A stretch of DNA of 64,000 bases from the human T2T-CHM13v2.0 reference genome, Homo sapiens. The notes beneath the pieces are model-generated. The model made no database searches. It was not told the DNA's origin and worked only from the letters and a program-made list of their open reading frames with translations. The position numbers and the translations under genes are program-made. Below, in pieces: positions 17,340-29,254 of the stretch; within the stretch, counting starts at the first letter, position 1; each line of letters begins with the position of its first letter. The stretch lies in the NCBI RefSeq assembly GCF_009914755.1, contig NC_060932.1. The stretch is one strand, 5' to 3'.

Positions 17340-18459
17340 AAAGTGCCAGCTCAGCCATGAAGCATGGTTGCTGGGTTCATATTTGGTTCCATCATGTGAA
17401 GACTTCTTTTTGCAAGGATAGCAGGAGCTCACAAAGTTAATGAGAGGATAGAGAACCAGGCATGGAGGCTGGGTTTAAACCAAGACACTTCTATGCCAAG
17501 AGGGAAGAATCCAAAATCTTTTAGTCCAAACAGACTGGTCTAGAGCTACTGCTTTATAAAGGACATGGAGGCTGCTTCTGTTGCTGCTATGAAAGAATCT
17601 AAACGGTTTCTTTTGTCTCTGTTTCTTGCTGAAGAGTCACAGTCCCATGTTGGCCGGGCCTGGGACATTTGCTTCCCTTCTGGCTGATGGTGCTCCAAAG
17701 AGAAAGGATGTGATCTCTTTGGTTTCTTCCCACAAGGAAAAGGTAGTTGTTGGGAACCTGCCCCATATGATGAAAGTCATCTGCAGTCAGACGAGCAGCA
17801 CCTAAACCGGGAGCTTGTGAAAGAAAACTGCCAGTGGGTTTCTGAAGGGTTCAACATGTGCCTGAAGTGCCCAGAACATGTGATCAAAACAAGGAACTGA
17901 AAGCAACAGTGAGTATATGGTCATTTGTGTTCAGCATTCCCATAGAGTTGAAATCTAAAACAAAGATCTGAAGTTCGCAATGACTTCAGCAGATCTGAAC
18001 TGATAAGTATTATAAACTGGAAATGTTCATTGGCAATTTGAAGGATTCAAGCTCCCTGCAATCTTGATGAGTGAAAGAATGAAGTCTACTGAGAGTGATG
18101 CAATAATGAAACATGCAAAATAGTTTCTTAGGAAGCATAATAAACAGGCAACCAAGGGATAGGGAAATAATCTAGTTGGGAAGTAAAGTCTATTGTAAAA
18201 ATCTCAAGGTTAGGAGGAAATATAGAAGGACATAAATTCACAGTGTTCTACAGTTGTAGTAAGGCATATCACCAAATGGATATAGGAGACATAAACATCA
18301 TTCCAATATATATATGGAAATTGCTCTTTTTACATAGTACTTTATCACACAATTAATTTGTTTTTCCCATGCAGTCCTTGTTTATAGCAATATGTTGATT
18401 CTGGGCAACAGATTTTTTTTAAAACTCTCAAGTGGGAGAAATAAGAGAGAGGGAGAGGA

Positions 18460-18625
18460 ATATACGTTGAGTGAATGTTCAAATAATGTTCCAGGCATTT
18501 TTTCATGTCTTATAGTTTAATTCTTACAAGAGACCTTCCATGTAGCTGTGAGCTGCTCACATTCCAGATAATAAAGCTGAGATTCAGAGAGGTGTATGAG
18601 ATTTGTCTAAGGTCACATAAAGCAG
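18460..18625 (-). mobile_element. MIR
   Basis: Core CTGAGATTCAGAGAGG..AAGGTCACA. Confidence 0.7.
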
Positions 18626-18729
18626 AAACCGATTTTTGTGCATGTGTATGTAAAGAGTTGCATGAAGTCATAGTCAGGATCACACTATCTGCTGCCCAGT
18701 CTGACTTCTGGCTCATCACTTCAGTAAAA

Positions 18730-19300
18730 CAACACTAGCAAAGGTTAACAGAAATTTCCAGGTGATGAAATTCAGTGGATATTTTTCAGTCCTCAACATC
18801 TAACTTCAGGCTCAGAAGCATCTCACTCATGATACAATTTTCTCCTTCTTGAAACCTGTCTTCTACAGGGTGTCACATGTGAGTGGTTATCTTTTTCCTT
18901 CACCAACCAATCCCATTTTGTTCTCTTTCCAGTGTTAACCACCCCTTACTGGCATTCCTCTCTTCTTATTCTTTTTGCTATTTCTGGATGATCTTATACA
19001 GGCCCACATTTAATAACCAATGAGAAGCAGATATCTTAATGAATGCATTCTAGACCAGACCTGCAACTTTTAAGTCCAGTCTAATCTACAAAATGACCTA
19101 TATGATACCACTTTTCAGAATATCAATAGTACTCTGAAATTAAAATGTTAAAACTGAGCTCATAATTTGCCCCACCCTGCAAAAAACCCCCAACCAATCA
19201 ACAAAAACAAACAAACAAATAAATAAATGCATGCTTGATCTTTTCCAGCATCTTCTGTCACAATGAATGGTACCACCATGAATCACATTTGCAATTTTAT
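18730..19300 (+). mobile_element. L2 internal fragment
   Basis: Diverged L2 motifs (CTCCTTCTTGAAAC, AAAACTGAGCTCATAAT, AATGGTACCACCAT). Confidence 0.55.
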
Positions 19301-19384
19301 ACTTATTTGCATGACAATTGCCTGTTAGTCAAAATGTTAATATTGCATCTCCAATCTGCTGCAGCCCTATTCAAAACAGTGGGA

Positions 19385-19720
19385 AAATACCTGTGAACTA
19401 GACAGGCAGTAATCCTATTGTCAAGGATTATACAATCTAGGAAGGGAACACAGTAAAAAATAAAGAGGGCAAATGCAGTAGAGTGTGGCAGAGAGGGCTG
19501 CTTTAGCTAGGAAGTTACCAAATAATTTGAGACTTGGATGATGAAATGAGGCAGCCACATGACTCTGTGAAGGAAGAATGTTCCAAGGAGGAGGAGCAGC
19601 AATTGTAAAGGTGCTGAGATGAAGATAAGTTGTATTTGTCATAAGAGCTACACATAAGCCGGTATGGCTGGAGTATTATATAAAAGGATAGTGAAGGGAG
19701 ATAGGGTCAGAAAATTCTGT
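19385..19720 (-). mobile_element. L2 fragment
   Basis: GGAAGAATGTTCCAAGGAGGAGGAGCAGCAA..AAAGG motif. Confidence 0.55.
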
Positions 19721-20502
19721 AAGACAAGGACATTCACATCAGATCTTTGGAGTAAGAAAGAAGTAAAATAACAACAAAAAAGAAAGCTGAGTTAGCAGTT
19801 GAAGGAAAAGTTACATTTACTTTAAAAAGTTAAACCATGAAAGAGTTTCAGATAATGGAAGTGGCCTGGCATACACTCAATCTCCGTATCTACTTTCATA
19901 CTGTCCCCTTTTCAAGGATAATTGGAGGCAAGACATGGAGGCCCTTTAACTGATGTCTCTAAAGTCACTCCATGATGAAAGGGCAAAAACGGATGAGTTC
20001 AGAAAATTGTGAGAAGACTGGAAACGTCAGCTAATACATTCCTTGTATACAAAAGATTGAGCATAGAAATTCTACTGACATCTAATTGTTGGCATGTGCA
20101 AGCTAAGTGTTACCAAATGCCTTCCTAAATAGGTACGGGGTGGTGTGGAAAGAAATGTTTCTCTGTTGACTAAATGGTGAAAGCAGCAACCTATTCACTG
20201 AATTATCCTTAGAGGCTGAATGCTAATTGATTTTATGTGCATGTCAAGAAGTCAATCAATGGCAGGCATGCAGCAAAATAGCAGAGTAAAGAATAATACA
20301 CGAAGCAGATTCCAGTTAAATATGGAAAGCATCTAATCTTATCCCTGGAAATGTCTACTTTAATGACCATGTAGCTGTTCTTTTTGCCAGTTTGGCATCT
20401 ATAAACTTCAGCAGAGTCTCCTCAATTTCATTCTGAACATTTATAGATGCACATATATTCTTTCAAAAGGAAACCAACATTGTAACATCATAACCTTTAA
20501 AC

Positions 20503-20630
20503 ATTTTATTTGTATAAATTTATGAGGTACAAGTGCAATTTTGTTACATGCATAGAATGTATAGTGGTGAAGTCAGGGCTTTTAGCTTATCCATCACCTG
20601 AACAATATACATTGCACTCATCAAGTAATT
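20503..20630 (-). mobile_element. L1MA 3' terminal fragment
   Basis: GGTACAAGTGCAATTTTGTTACATGCATAGA..GTCAGGGCTTTTAG. Confidence 0.8.
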
Positions 20631-20981
20631 AAAGTGAAACTCGTGTCATGTGAAATTAACCACTTTAAAGTGTACAATCAATGGCATTTAGTACATTCAC
20701 AATGTTGTGCAACCACTACCTCTATCTAGTTCCAAAAGGTGTAAGCAACCCAATGTCTATCAATAGATGAATAAACAAGTGTGATATGCCTGTAAAGTTG
20801 AATAGTATTCAGCCATAAAAAGATATGATACTGATACATGCTGTGACATAGTACTGATACATGCTGCGATGTGGACAAACATTGAAAACATGCTGAGTGA
20901 AAAAAAACCCAGATACAAAAGGTCACATATTGTATAATTTCATTTATATGAAATATCCATAATAGGCAAATCCATAGAAAC
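20628..20981. mobile_element. L1MB 3' end with internal inversion (20628-20737 minus, 20732-20981 plus)
   Basis: Extreme 3' end antisense, joined via CCAAAA to a more upstream 3'UTR segment in sense orientation. Confidence 0.75.
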
Positions 20982-21121
20982 TTCATAAGTTTTTATATGA
21001 AGAATGATGCTGAATTCTCCTTTAAGAACTGTGAACTTTTGTGAATGTAGGAGCTGCACCTTATTCATCTGTCTCCTCAGCTCTCAGTATACAGTTCCTG
21101 ACACAGAAAGAGAAGGCTCGC

Positions 21122-21790
21122 TGTATTGCCAAGGTTCTTATCAGAGAAGTGGAACCAACAAGATACATGCATACATACATACACATATACCTATATGCAC
21201 ATACATATACATGAATGTTTATAGAGATTTATTATAAGGATTTGACCGTACACAACTATGGAAGAGGAGAAACAGTGTATGTGAAGTTTAGTTCCTGAAC
21301 TTGGTGCTGGGACATGATGCCCACAGGCAGGTGGCTGGGAAGAGAACATAGTTGTGGAGTGGGCGAAGCAAAGACAAACTGGAAGCTGAATTTGAGCTGG
21401 AGCCCTCAAAAATGAACTAGAACCCACAAGCATTCCCCTTTGCCTTCAAGTTTCCAACTTTCATGATGAGAGTTTTCTGCAGGAATAGCTGGTGCCCCTT
21501 TGTCAGGAAGCTAACCACACGCTGGGCCAGGAGTCAGAGAAGATGCAGCAGGATCTGGATGAGTTGGGGGCCTGGCTGCTCCACTCTCCAGCCAGGAAGC
21601 CAAGAGGTCAGCACCAGCTGGCATGAGCTGCAACAGCAACAGTGCTTTGTGCTGCACCAATCTTCTCAGTACCAGAAGTAGATAGCTGGGATTTTACTTC
21701 TGCTTCTTCATCTGGGCTTGAACTGATCACATGAGGAAAAAAAGGTGGATGTGGGAAATGAAATTCCAGTTTAGCTAAATTAATGCAATG
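21122..21790 (-). mobile_element. Old ERVL-class solo LTR (LTR52/LTR41/MLT2F-like)
   Basis: TGTATT..GGTTCT..CAGAGAAG start, GAGATTTATTATAAGGA, CCAGGAGTCAGAGAAG, ends AATTCCAGTTTAGCTAAATTAATGCA. Confidence 0.55.
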
Positions 21791-21869
21791 CAAATTTTGA
21801 ACACCAAGGAGATTCGTAGAAGAAGTTAGTAAGGAGGTGTAAGAAGCAGCATTTTGGCAAGCACTTGGG

Positions 21870-22150
21870 TACTTACCTTGCCTATAGAGTGTGTGAGAAG
21901 TATTTTGCAAGGACCTTATATAGACCAGAAAATGGATTGGACATTTTACCAGCATTCTTATTTCACTATATCTTCACAATGACTCTATGTCATAGTTACA
22001 ATTTTTATTACCATAACAAAAATGAAGCAGGGAGGCACAATATGCAGGTAAGTCGTGATCCACCCTTAGCCTAGGTAGCAAGTAGCTGAGCCAGGAAACT
22101 GAATTTAGATCTAGCCCATTACAAAGCCCATGCCCTATCCACTGTAGCAC
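21870..22150 (-). mobile_element. MIR, decayed
   Basis: Diverged MIR core and head. Confidence 0.5.
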
Positions 22151-22689
22151 ACTACACCCCACCTTGATCTTCTCCCAATTTGTGTATAGTGAAGTTTTCT
22201 GCTTCTCTTGTTTCCATCTTCCTCCCTTTCTAAGGAACTAAAAAAAGGGGGAAGGGGCAGCATGGGCATACTTTTCTTCCCCTGTAACTGATATATAGAT
22301 GACCCAGCTGTGAAATTTGTACTTTTTCAGTGATGCCCATCAGAAATGATAGGAAGCTCAGCATCAGAAAATGGGGTCTTCTCTTTTTTCACTCTTAGGA
22401 GTGAATTATTCTCTTCCTTCTGGTGCCTGTGCTCTGCCCTCTGCTGTTAAATCCACTTTTATCACCTACTCCGAATAATCTACCCTGAAGCTATGGACAA
22501 GTCAAATTCTGAGACAGAATTTATTCACTTGTTTGTTGAATCTCACAAATTTCCATCAAAAAGTATGACATTTTCCAATGACAAAATGCTTGACAGTATC
22601 ACAAAAAGTCTTCATATGTAACTTATATAGCCAAGGATGTAGATCAATAAACTGTATACATTATTTGCCTAAGATGAGGCATTAAAGTG

Positions 22690-22900
22690 GTAATAGCTAA
22701 TATTTTCCAGCACTTACTCTGCAAATGGTTCTGAGACAAAAGTTTTATATGAATTATTTTCTTAATCTAAATGAATACCTAATGGAAGAGGTAATTATAC
22801 ATTTCTATATTGCAAATGAAAAATCTGAGGCTTAGAGAAGTTAAAAAACTTGTTCAAAGGGTAGTGAGCTAATCAGATCTGTTTGATCTCAAAGCACTTG
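22690..22900 (-). mobile_element. MIR
   Basis: AAATGAAAAATCTGAGGCTTAGAGAAGTTAA core. Confidence 0.75.
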
Positions 22901-23896
22901 GTCTGCATGTTCATGAGATGCCATTTGAAACTCATTAGCAAATTATTGCTATTATTTAATGAATATCCACTGAGTGCCTGCTAGGTGTGCAAATAGCGGT
23001 AGCAAATTGAAACACCATGGTGCGGCATAAAATGAGAAATATAATTACAATCGTATTTTTTGTCTTCTAATAACTCTCTTCAAAGTCAGTTTCTGAAAGA
23101 CATACTGTAGTAACATTTGGCAGATGAAAGCACAGTCTTTGAAGGATCTATCCCAAAAGGATGGGAATGCAGTAATTCCCTCCAAACCCCTGCTCTCCAA
23201 AGATGTTAAAATTGCTCATTTTAATAGACAGCAATTAAGTAAATCTCACAACTGCAAATATAATTGACAAAATTTATTCAGTTTCAGCTTTTTGAATGCA
23301 CAATTTGTGTACACAAAACAAACTAGTAAATAACAGGCCTTATTTGTGTTCATTTTATCTTTTCATTACTATACGTTGTGAAGATAGGGACCTCTACAAT
23401 GGAAGAATCTAACTTAAGGTAGCAAAATGCTCATGAAGATTTCTGCGGCTAGTCCAGCAGATTCCGTCTTCACCTACTTTAGATTTTACTTTTGCTGCTG
23501 GTGCTGTCATTTCCACTGTCCCTAAAGTTCTTGTTTTCCTTTTCATCTTTGATCTTTAATGTGTCCACAGTAGAAAGGCTGTGGAACTGAATTAGAATGG
23601 GAAAGGAGACCAGGCCACGGTGATCTTCTAGAAGATCATCTGTCTCATTTTCCCACACTGCACACTGGATTCCTAACTGCAATGGTCAGTGGATGTCCAC
23701 TTGGTCTAGGGTTTTACTAGGATTCTTTAACCCAGAGCTTCAACAGAGCTCTGTGACAAAGGAGTCACAGATGACTCCTCCATAACACAGGATGAGAACT
23801 ATGGTTTGGCATAAATTTTAACTTATGCTAGTTATGTGGCTATTGAATTATATATGACAGGCAAATGGGTTCTGATATAAGCTTCAATTCCTCCTT

Positions 23897-24193
23897 TAAA
23901 ACATTTATTTTATTTTATGTTTTTGGAGACAGGGTCTCGCTCTGTCATCCAGGCTGAGGGCAGTGGCATGATCATGGCTCACTGCAGCCTTGACCTCCTG
24001 GGCTCAAGCAACCCTCCCCTCCTCAGTCTCCTATGTAGCTGGGACCACAGGCTCATGCCACCACACCTGGATAATTTTTTATTTTTTGTAGAGACAGAGT
24101 CTCATTATGTTGTCCAGGCTGGTCTCATACACCTGGCCTCAAGAGATCCTTTCAAAACGCTGGGATTGCAGACATGAGCCACCATCCCCAGCC
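23897..24193 (-). mobile_element. AluJ
   Basis: J diagnostics (GATCATGGCTCACTGCAGCCTTGACCTCCTGGGCTCAAGC); TSD-like AATTCCT(C/T)CTT on both sides. Confidence 0.93.
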
Positions 24194-24544
24194 AATTCCT
24201 TCTTACTATGTGAATTAATTTGGCTGGGTATGGCTCAGAAGTAATCTTTCATAATGTTTGGGGATTTGTTTGTTTGTTTTTTTCTTTGTATGAGGTCTAC
24301 TGATCCTCTTTATTTGCGTTTGTTTTGTTTTGTGATGATGTTACCCGTAGTCTCTTCTTATTTTGCAAGTTTTTTCAAAGTATACTATATCAACTGAGTT
24401 GCTTAAAGGGAAATTACTTTCTTCAATCTTTCTCAAGATGACCTACTACTGATCACCCTTTACCCTGAGTGCCTGCCCTGAGTGCCTGGACTCTGTGTCT
24501 CTTGTTCATGTGGTTTTTTTTCCTCCTTAATCACGAAAGTCTGT

Positions 24545-24750
24545 GTCCTGCCTGTGCTGTGGCAATACTTTCCCTGTATGGAATGGCTGCTATGTATTAT
24601 CTCTCACTTTCACAGTAATCTTTCAGAATGGTATAATCATTTCCATTTCATTTTACAAATAAAATAAAATACTAAGGCTCAGAGAAATTCAGTTACTTTT
24701 ATAAGGTCACACAATCAAGATTAAAATCTGTTTGACTTTCAAGCTCAGAG
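24545..24750 (-). mobile_element. MIR
   Basis: CATTTTACAAAT..ACTAAGGCTCAGAGA..AAGGTCACAC. Confidence 0.75.
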
Positions 24751-24829
24751 TAACTGAAAGGGTGCTTTATCCATTTCCAAATTTAGTGAGAAAATTAACT
24801 ATTAGACTGGATAGAAATATATAATCACT

Positions 24830-25075
24830 GTGAGGCATAAGGCTTGGGTTCAAGCCCTGCTTCCATCTTTACTATATGCTTAATTATAAATAAGTTACTT
24901 GAACTCTCTAGGAAACAGTTTCCTCAGCTGTAGAATGGACATAATTACGTTATTTAATTCTCTGGTATATCATGAGGACTAAATGCAATACCACCTGTGG
25001 TATGCTTAGGACAGTGGATGGCATGTAGGAAGATTTCAATAAATGCTGGCTGCCATTACTATTGTTGTTACTGTT
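24830..25075 (+). mobile_element. MIR, near full length
   Basis: GGGTTCAAGCCC head, CAGTTTCCTCAGCTGTAGAATGG core, TCAATAAATG tail. Confidence 0.8.
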
Positions 25076-25586
25076 ATTTCCTATCCAAAATGTAGCCTTC
25101 TATTACACAGAAACATGGTTATCATATTTACTCAGAAACATCAGTGGAAGTCCTTCATGACTGTAGGAGTTCAGAGGTTTGAGTGTTTAACCATTTCATA
25201 CCCTCTGTCACATAGGGCCATATCTATGCTGCAAAGGAAGAAAATATTTTTAAAATTAGTGCTTTCCAAACTATGGTAATATTACCACTTTTTTTTTCCT
25301 GTACTGACTCTGTTCTTAAATACGAAGTAAAATGTTCACCAAATACTAAACAATGCCTAAAGTAGCCTCATTCTATAAATCCCTATTCATGGAAAACAAT
25401 CTTGGCTTGGCTTTGGTGTCTGTAAATGTGAGGATTAGACTCCCTGGAAAAGCTGACCAGACAGCAGTTAACAAATAACCCTCCAGCAAGAATAATTCCC
25501 GGATGAGCTGGGCAAGATCAGGGCTCTCACTTCCCATAAATCTTTGACCAGGCATTGCCCTTCTTTCTGGGAACTACCATCATTGC

Positions 25587-25716
25587 TTTCCCTCCCCTCC
25601 CCTCCCCTCTTGTACCCTTCCCTCCCCTCCCTCTTTTCCTTCCTTCCTTCCTTCCTTCCTCCCTCCCTCCCTCCCTCCCTCCCTCTCTCCCTCCCTCCTT
25701 CTCTCCCTCCCTTCCT
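25587..25716. repeat. Polypyrimidine (CCCT/CCTT)n tract
   Basis: About 130 nt of almost pure C/T. Confidence 0.95.
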
Positions 25717-26603
25717 ACTAAGGAATTAAAGCAGACATCAAAACCAAATTATAGGACTAAACATTTTGTATGCCAGTGTCTGTAACACTATGTGTGCTAT
25801 GTGTATGTATGTAAACTTGAAAAGTTAGGATCTCAAGGGCAGGGACTGTGTGTGGTCCTACTCTCGACCATGCCTAAAACACTGAGAGGTCACACTCTAT
25901 GCCATGGCCACAGAGTAACTGAGGTGGGTTCTGTTCTCAAAACAAGCAAACAAGTAAACATTATCAGGAGTTAATCTCACACTTGGTGTTCTATGACATT
26001 GGCCAGAATACCTCAGATATATTTGGGGAACAATTATATTGAAATAATAGACATAAAGGTAATGAAACACTGGGCCTCCTGTTCTACTGTTAAGGATGAT
26101 CTCTGCAAAATGAGGAGAAGGAAGCCTGGGTGACTTAATCAACACTCCCTTCTGCTTTGCTGTACAATGCCTATTAGATGCACAGTGGTCTTAAGCACTT
26201 AAAATATTGAGGTTGATCCTAAACTGTCCTTCTGGAATTGGGTATTCTCTGGGGTTTATCTATACTAGAACATTGCTCACCTTAGTGAGGTGAGTCAGCC
26301 TTTCCCAGTTCTCTATATAGCTTATTAATTGAGCTGTCCCTCTGCCAGTGGTTTCCAAACACAGGTCTATGACAAGATTTCACTGGTGTGAGGTAAAGTG
26401 AAAATAATAAGCATAACATAGAGACTTTTTCTTATGCCTAAATTTATTCAATTGAAAGCAAGACCATTTACTCTGAGATTATGTAATTCCTATATTTTGT
26501 GACAAAGAGGACTTTCTTTTATGAAAGGATCTGCATAAGAGAAGCTTCAGAAAACCACGGTTTTAAAGTATGGGAAATGGATAAACTGCTCTAGGCCATA
26601 AAT

Positions 26604-26604
<1 letters not shown>

Positions 26605-26652
<48 letters not shown>
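26605..26652. repeat. (GT)24 microsatellite
   Basis: Uninterrupted GT run. Confidence 0.98.
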
Positions 26653-26653
<1 letters not shown>

Positions 26654-28546
26654 CATTGTGGGGCACCCACGTCAAGGGACCATGTGACTGGACAGTCCCT
26701 AAAGGAAGCTTCTAATAAGAAACTCAGTGGGGGGATGTTAGCACCACTCAGATAGATGCTAATGCAGAGGGGTTATTCCACACTTAGAAGGGAAAGCTAT
26801 TCTACACTTACAGAAAAGCCTTTAATTGTCACATTGCCTATTGCTGTTTTGGGATGTATTTTCTTTCTCTGGGCTGCTCTTGGTGTACTTTAACATTCAA
26901 TTTCACCGAAATAAAATTGTGCCCTAGGAATGGCCTTGATGAGCATCCAACGACTAAAAGAGAATATGAAAAGAAAACAGTGTGATGGTGTTCCTAATAA
27001 TGGTGATATATTAAAGGTACATTATGGCTCAAGTTTTCTAGAACACAGAGTGCATGGCCAGTGTTGATCAACACTGCTTTACTGAGAAGTGCAATCAGAT
27101 AGCAAAATAAAGGAGAGAAAAATAAGTATTTCATATACATGGGGCATTTAATCATCTTAATCAAAATGAAGTGAATTCGTGATGTAGTTGAAATTCTGAG
27201 AAGCTGCTTTAAAATGCCATTTTTGGATGTCATTAGTGTTTATGAGAAGTGAGTGACTGTGCTCAGGAGGGTAAATGACTGGCCCAGGTTTACACAGCTG
27301 GAGCATGGCAGAGCCAATCTCAAAATCAGGCTAAACTCCTGAGCTAATGGGCTTTTATCATTCCTGCAGATTAGTGATACAGAGCTTTTTGAGGAGTATC
27401 TGGAACAAGGATTATTATTCTCATTTTGGAGAAAAAGGAAATAGATGCATTGAGGAATCTAGTAATCACTCTAAAAACAAACTAGCAAATCAAATCCAGC
27501 AATGTGTAAAGAGAATTATACACCTTGACCAAGTGGGATTTATTCCAGATGTGCAAGGTTGAGTCAACATTTGAAAATCAATTAATGTAATCTATGGCAT
27601 CAACAGACTAAAGAAAAAAATACGTAATCACAATAAATGCAGAATAAGCATTTGACAAAATCCAACACCCATTCATGACTTAAAAAAAAAAAAAAAACAA
27701 CTCTCTACAAGCTAGGAATAGAGAATTTCTCCAACTTGATAAAGAACATCTGTAAAAACCCCACTGCTAACACCATACTCAATAGTTATAAACTGGGAGA
27801 TTTCCTGCTGAGATCAGGAAGAAGGCAATCCTGGTTCACTCTTCCTTTTCAACATCATACTGAAAATCCTAGCTAATGCAATAAGGCAAGAAAAAGAAAT
27901 AAGGTTTACAGATTGGGAAGGAAGAAATAAATTGCCTTTGTTTACAGATGGCATGATTGTCCATCTGATTTAACAAAATCTGATTTAACAAAAGAAACTT
28001 CCTGGAACTAACAAGCAATTACAGAAAGATTGTAGTATACAAGAATAACATACAAAGGTCAATTGCTTTCCTATATACCAGCAATGAACAACTGTAAATT
28101 GAAATTAAAAGCACAATATCATTTAAAATAGCACACCCCAAAATGAAATACTTAGGCAAAACTGTAACAAAATATAAACAAAATCTATGTGAGGAAAACT
28201 GCAAAACTCTGATGCAAGAAATCAAAAAAGAACTAAATAAACAGAGAAATTTATGTTCATGTAAAGAGTCAGTATTGTCAAGATGTCAAGATTGTCAAGA
28301 TGTCTTTTCTCCCCAAATTGATCTATAGATTCAATGCAATCTCCATAAAAATCCCAAGAAGCGATTTTGTGGATATTGAGAAATTGTTTCTAAAGTTAAT
28401 ATGGAGTGGTAAAAAAATCCATAATAAACGACAACATTTTGAAGAAGACAAAGTTGGGCAGTTGACACTACCCAACATTAAGCTTTACTATAAAGGCACA
28501 GTAATCAAGATCATATGGTTGGTATTGGCAAAAGAATAGGGAAATA

Positions 28547-28856
28547 GGCCAGGCATGGTGGCTCATGCTGGCAATCCCAGCACTTTGGGAGGATGAGGTG
28601 GGCGGATCATGAGGTCAGGAGTTTGAGACCTGCCTGGCCAACGTAGTGAAACCCTATCTCTACTAAAAATACAAAAAATTAGCCAGGTGTGGTGGTGGGC
28701 ACCTGTAATCCCAGCTGCTTGGAAGGCTGAGGCAAGGAGAATTGCTTGAACATGGGAGGTGGAGGTTGCAGTGAGCCGAGATTGAGCCACTGCACTCCAG
28801 CCCTGGCGACGGTGTGAGACTCCATCTAAAAAAAAAAAAAAAAAAAAGAAAGAAAA
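28547..28856 (+). mobile_element. AluS (Sg-like)
   Basis: Full Alu dimer with poly(A); no clear TSD. Confidence 0.95.
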
Positions 28857-29091
28857 GCCTCAAAATAAACCAACACAAATTTGGTGAGCTGATCTTGACA
28901 AAGGAGGAAAGGAAAAAAAAATGCAGCAGCAAAGGTAGCCAATGGTTCTGGAGAGCTGGCCATCCACATGCAAACAAATGAATCTGGATACACATCTTAC
29001 ACCCTTCACAAAAATTAATTCGAAATGGATCATAGACCTATATGTAAAACACAAAACTGTAAAACACTAAGAACATAGACTAGGAGAGAAA

Positions 29092-29254
29092 TTTTTTTTA
29101 TTTTACTTTAAGTTTTAAGGTACATGTGCACAACATGCATGTTTGTTACATATGTATACATGTGCCATGTTGGTGTGCTGTACCCATTAACTGGTCATTT
29201 AACATTAGGTATATCTCTTCATGCTATCCCTCCCCCCTCCCCCCACCTCACAAC
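29092..29254 (-). mobile_element. L1PA 3'-terminal ~160 bp
   Basis: Close to 5245-5403 (TACTTTAAGTTTTA..GTACATGTGCACAA..CCCCCCTCCCCCCACC). Confidence 0.95.

Noticed and set aside
17761-17850. C/D box snoRNA-like layout (ATGATGA..CTGA)
   Set aside because: Terminal stem is only about 3 bp, I recognise no rRNA/snRNA guide, and the motifs are frequent by chance; snoscan or Rfam would settle it.
24545-25075. Head-to-head MIR pair as hairpin precursor
   Set aside because: Arms too diverged for a convincing duplex by eye.
25544-25785. Pro/Ser/Leu-rich ORFs
   Set aside because: Translation of the CT simple repeat.
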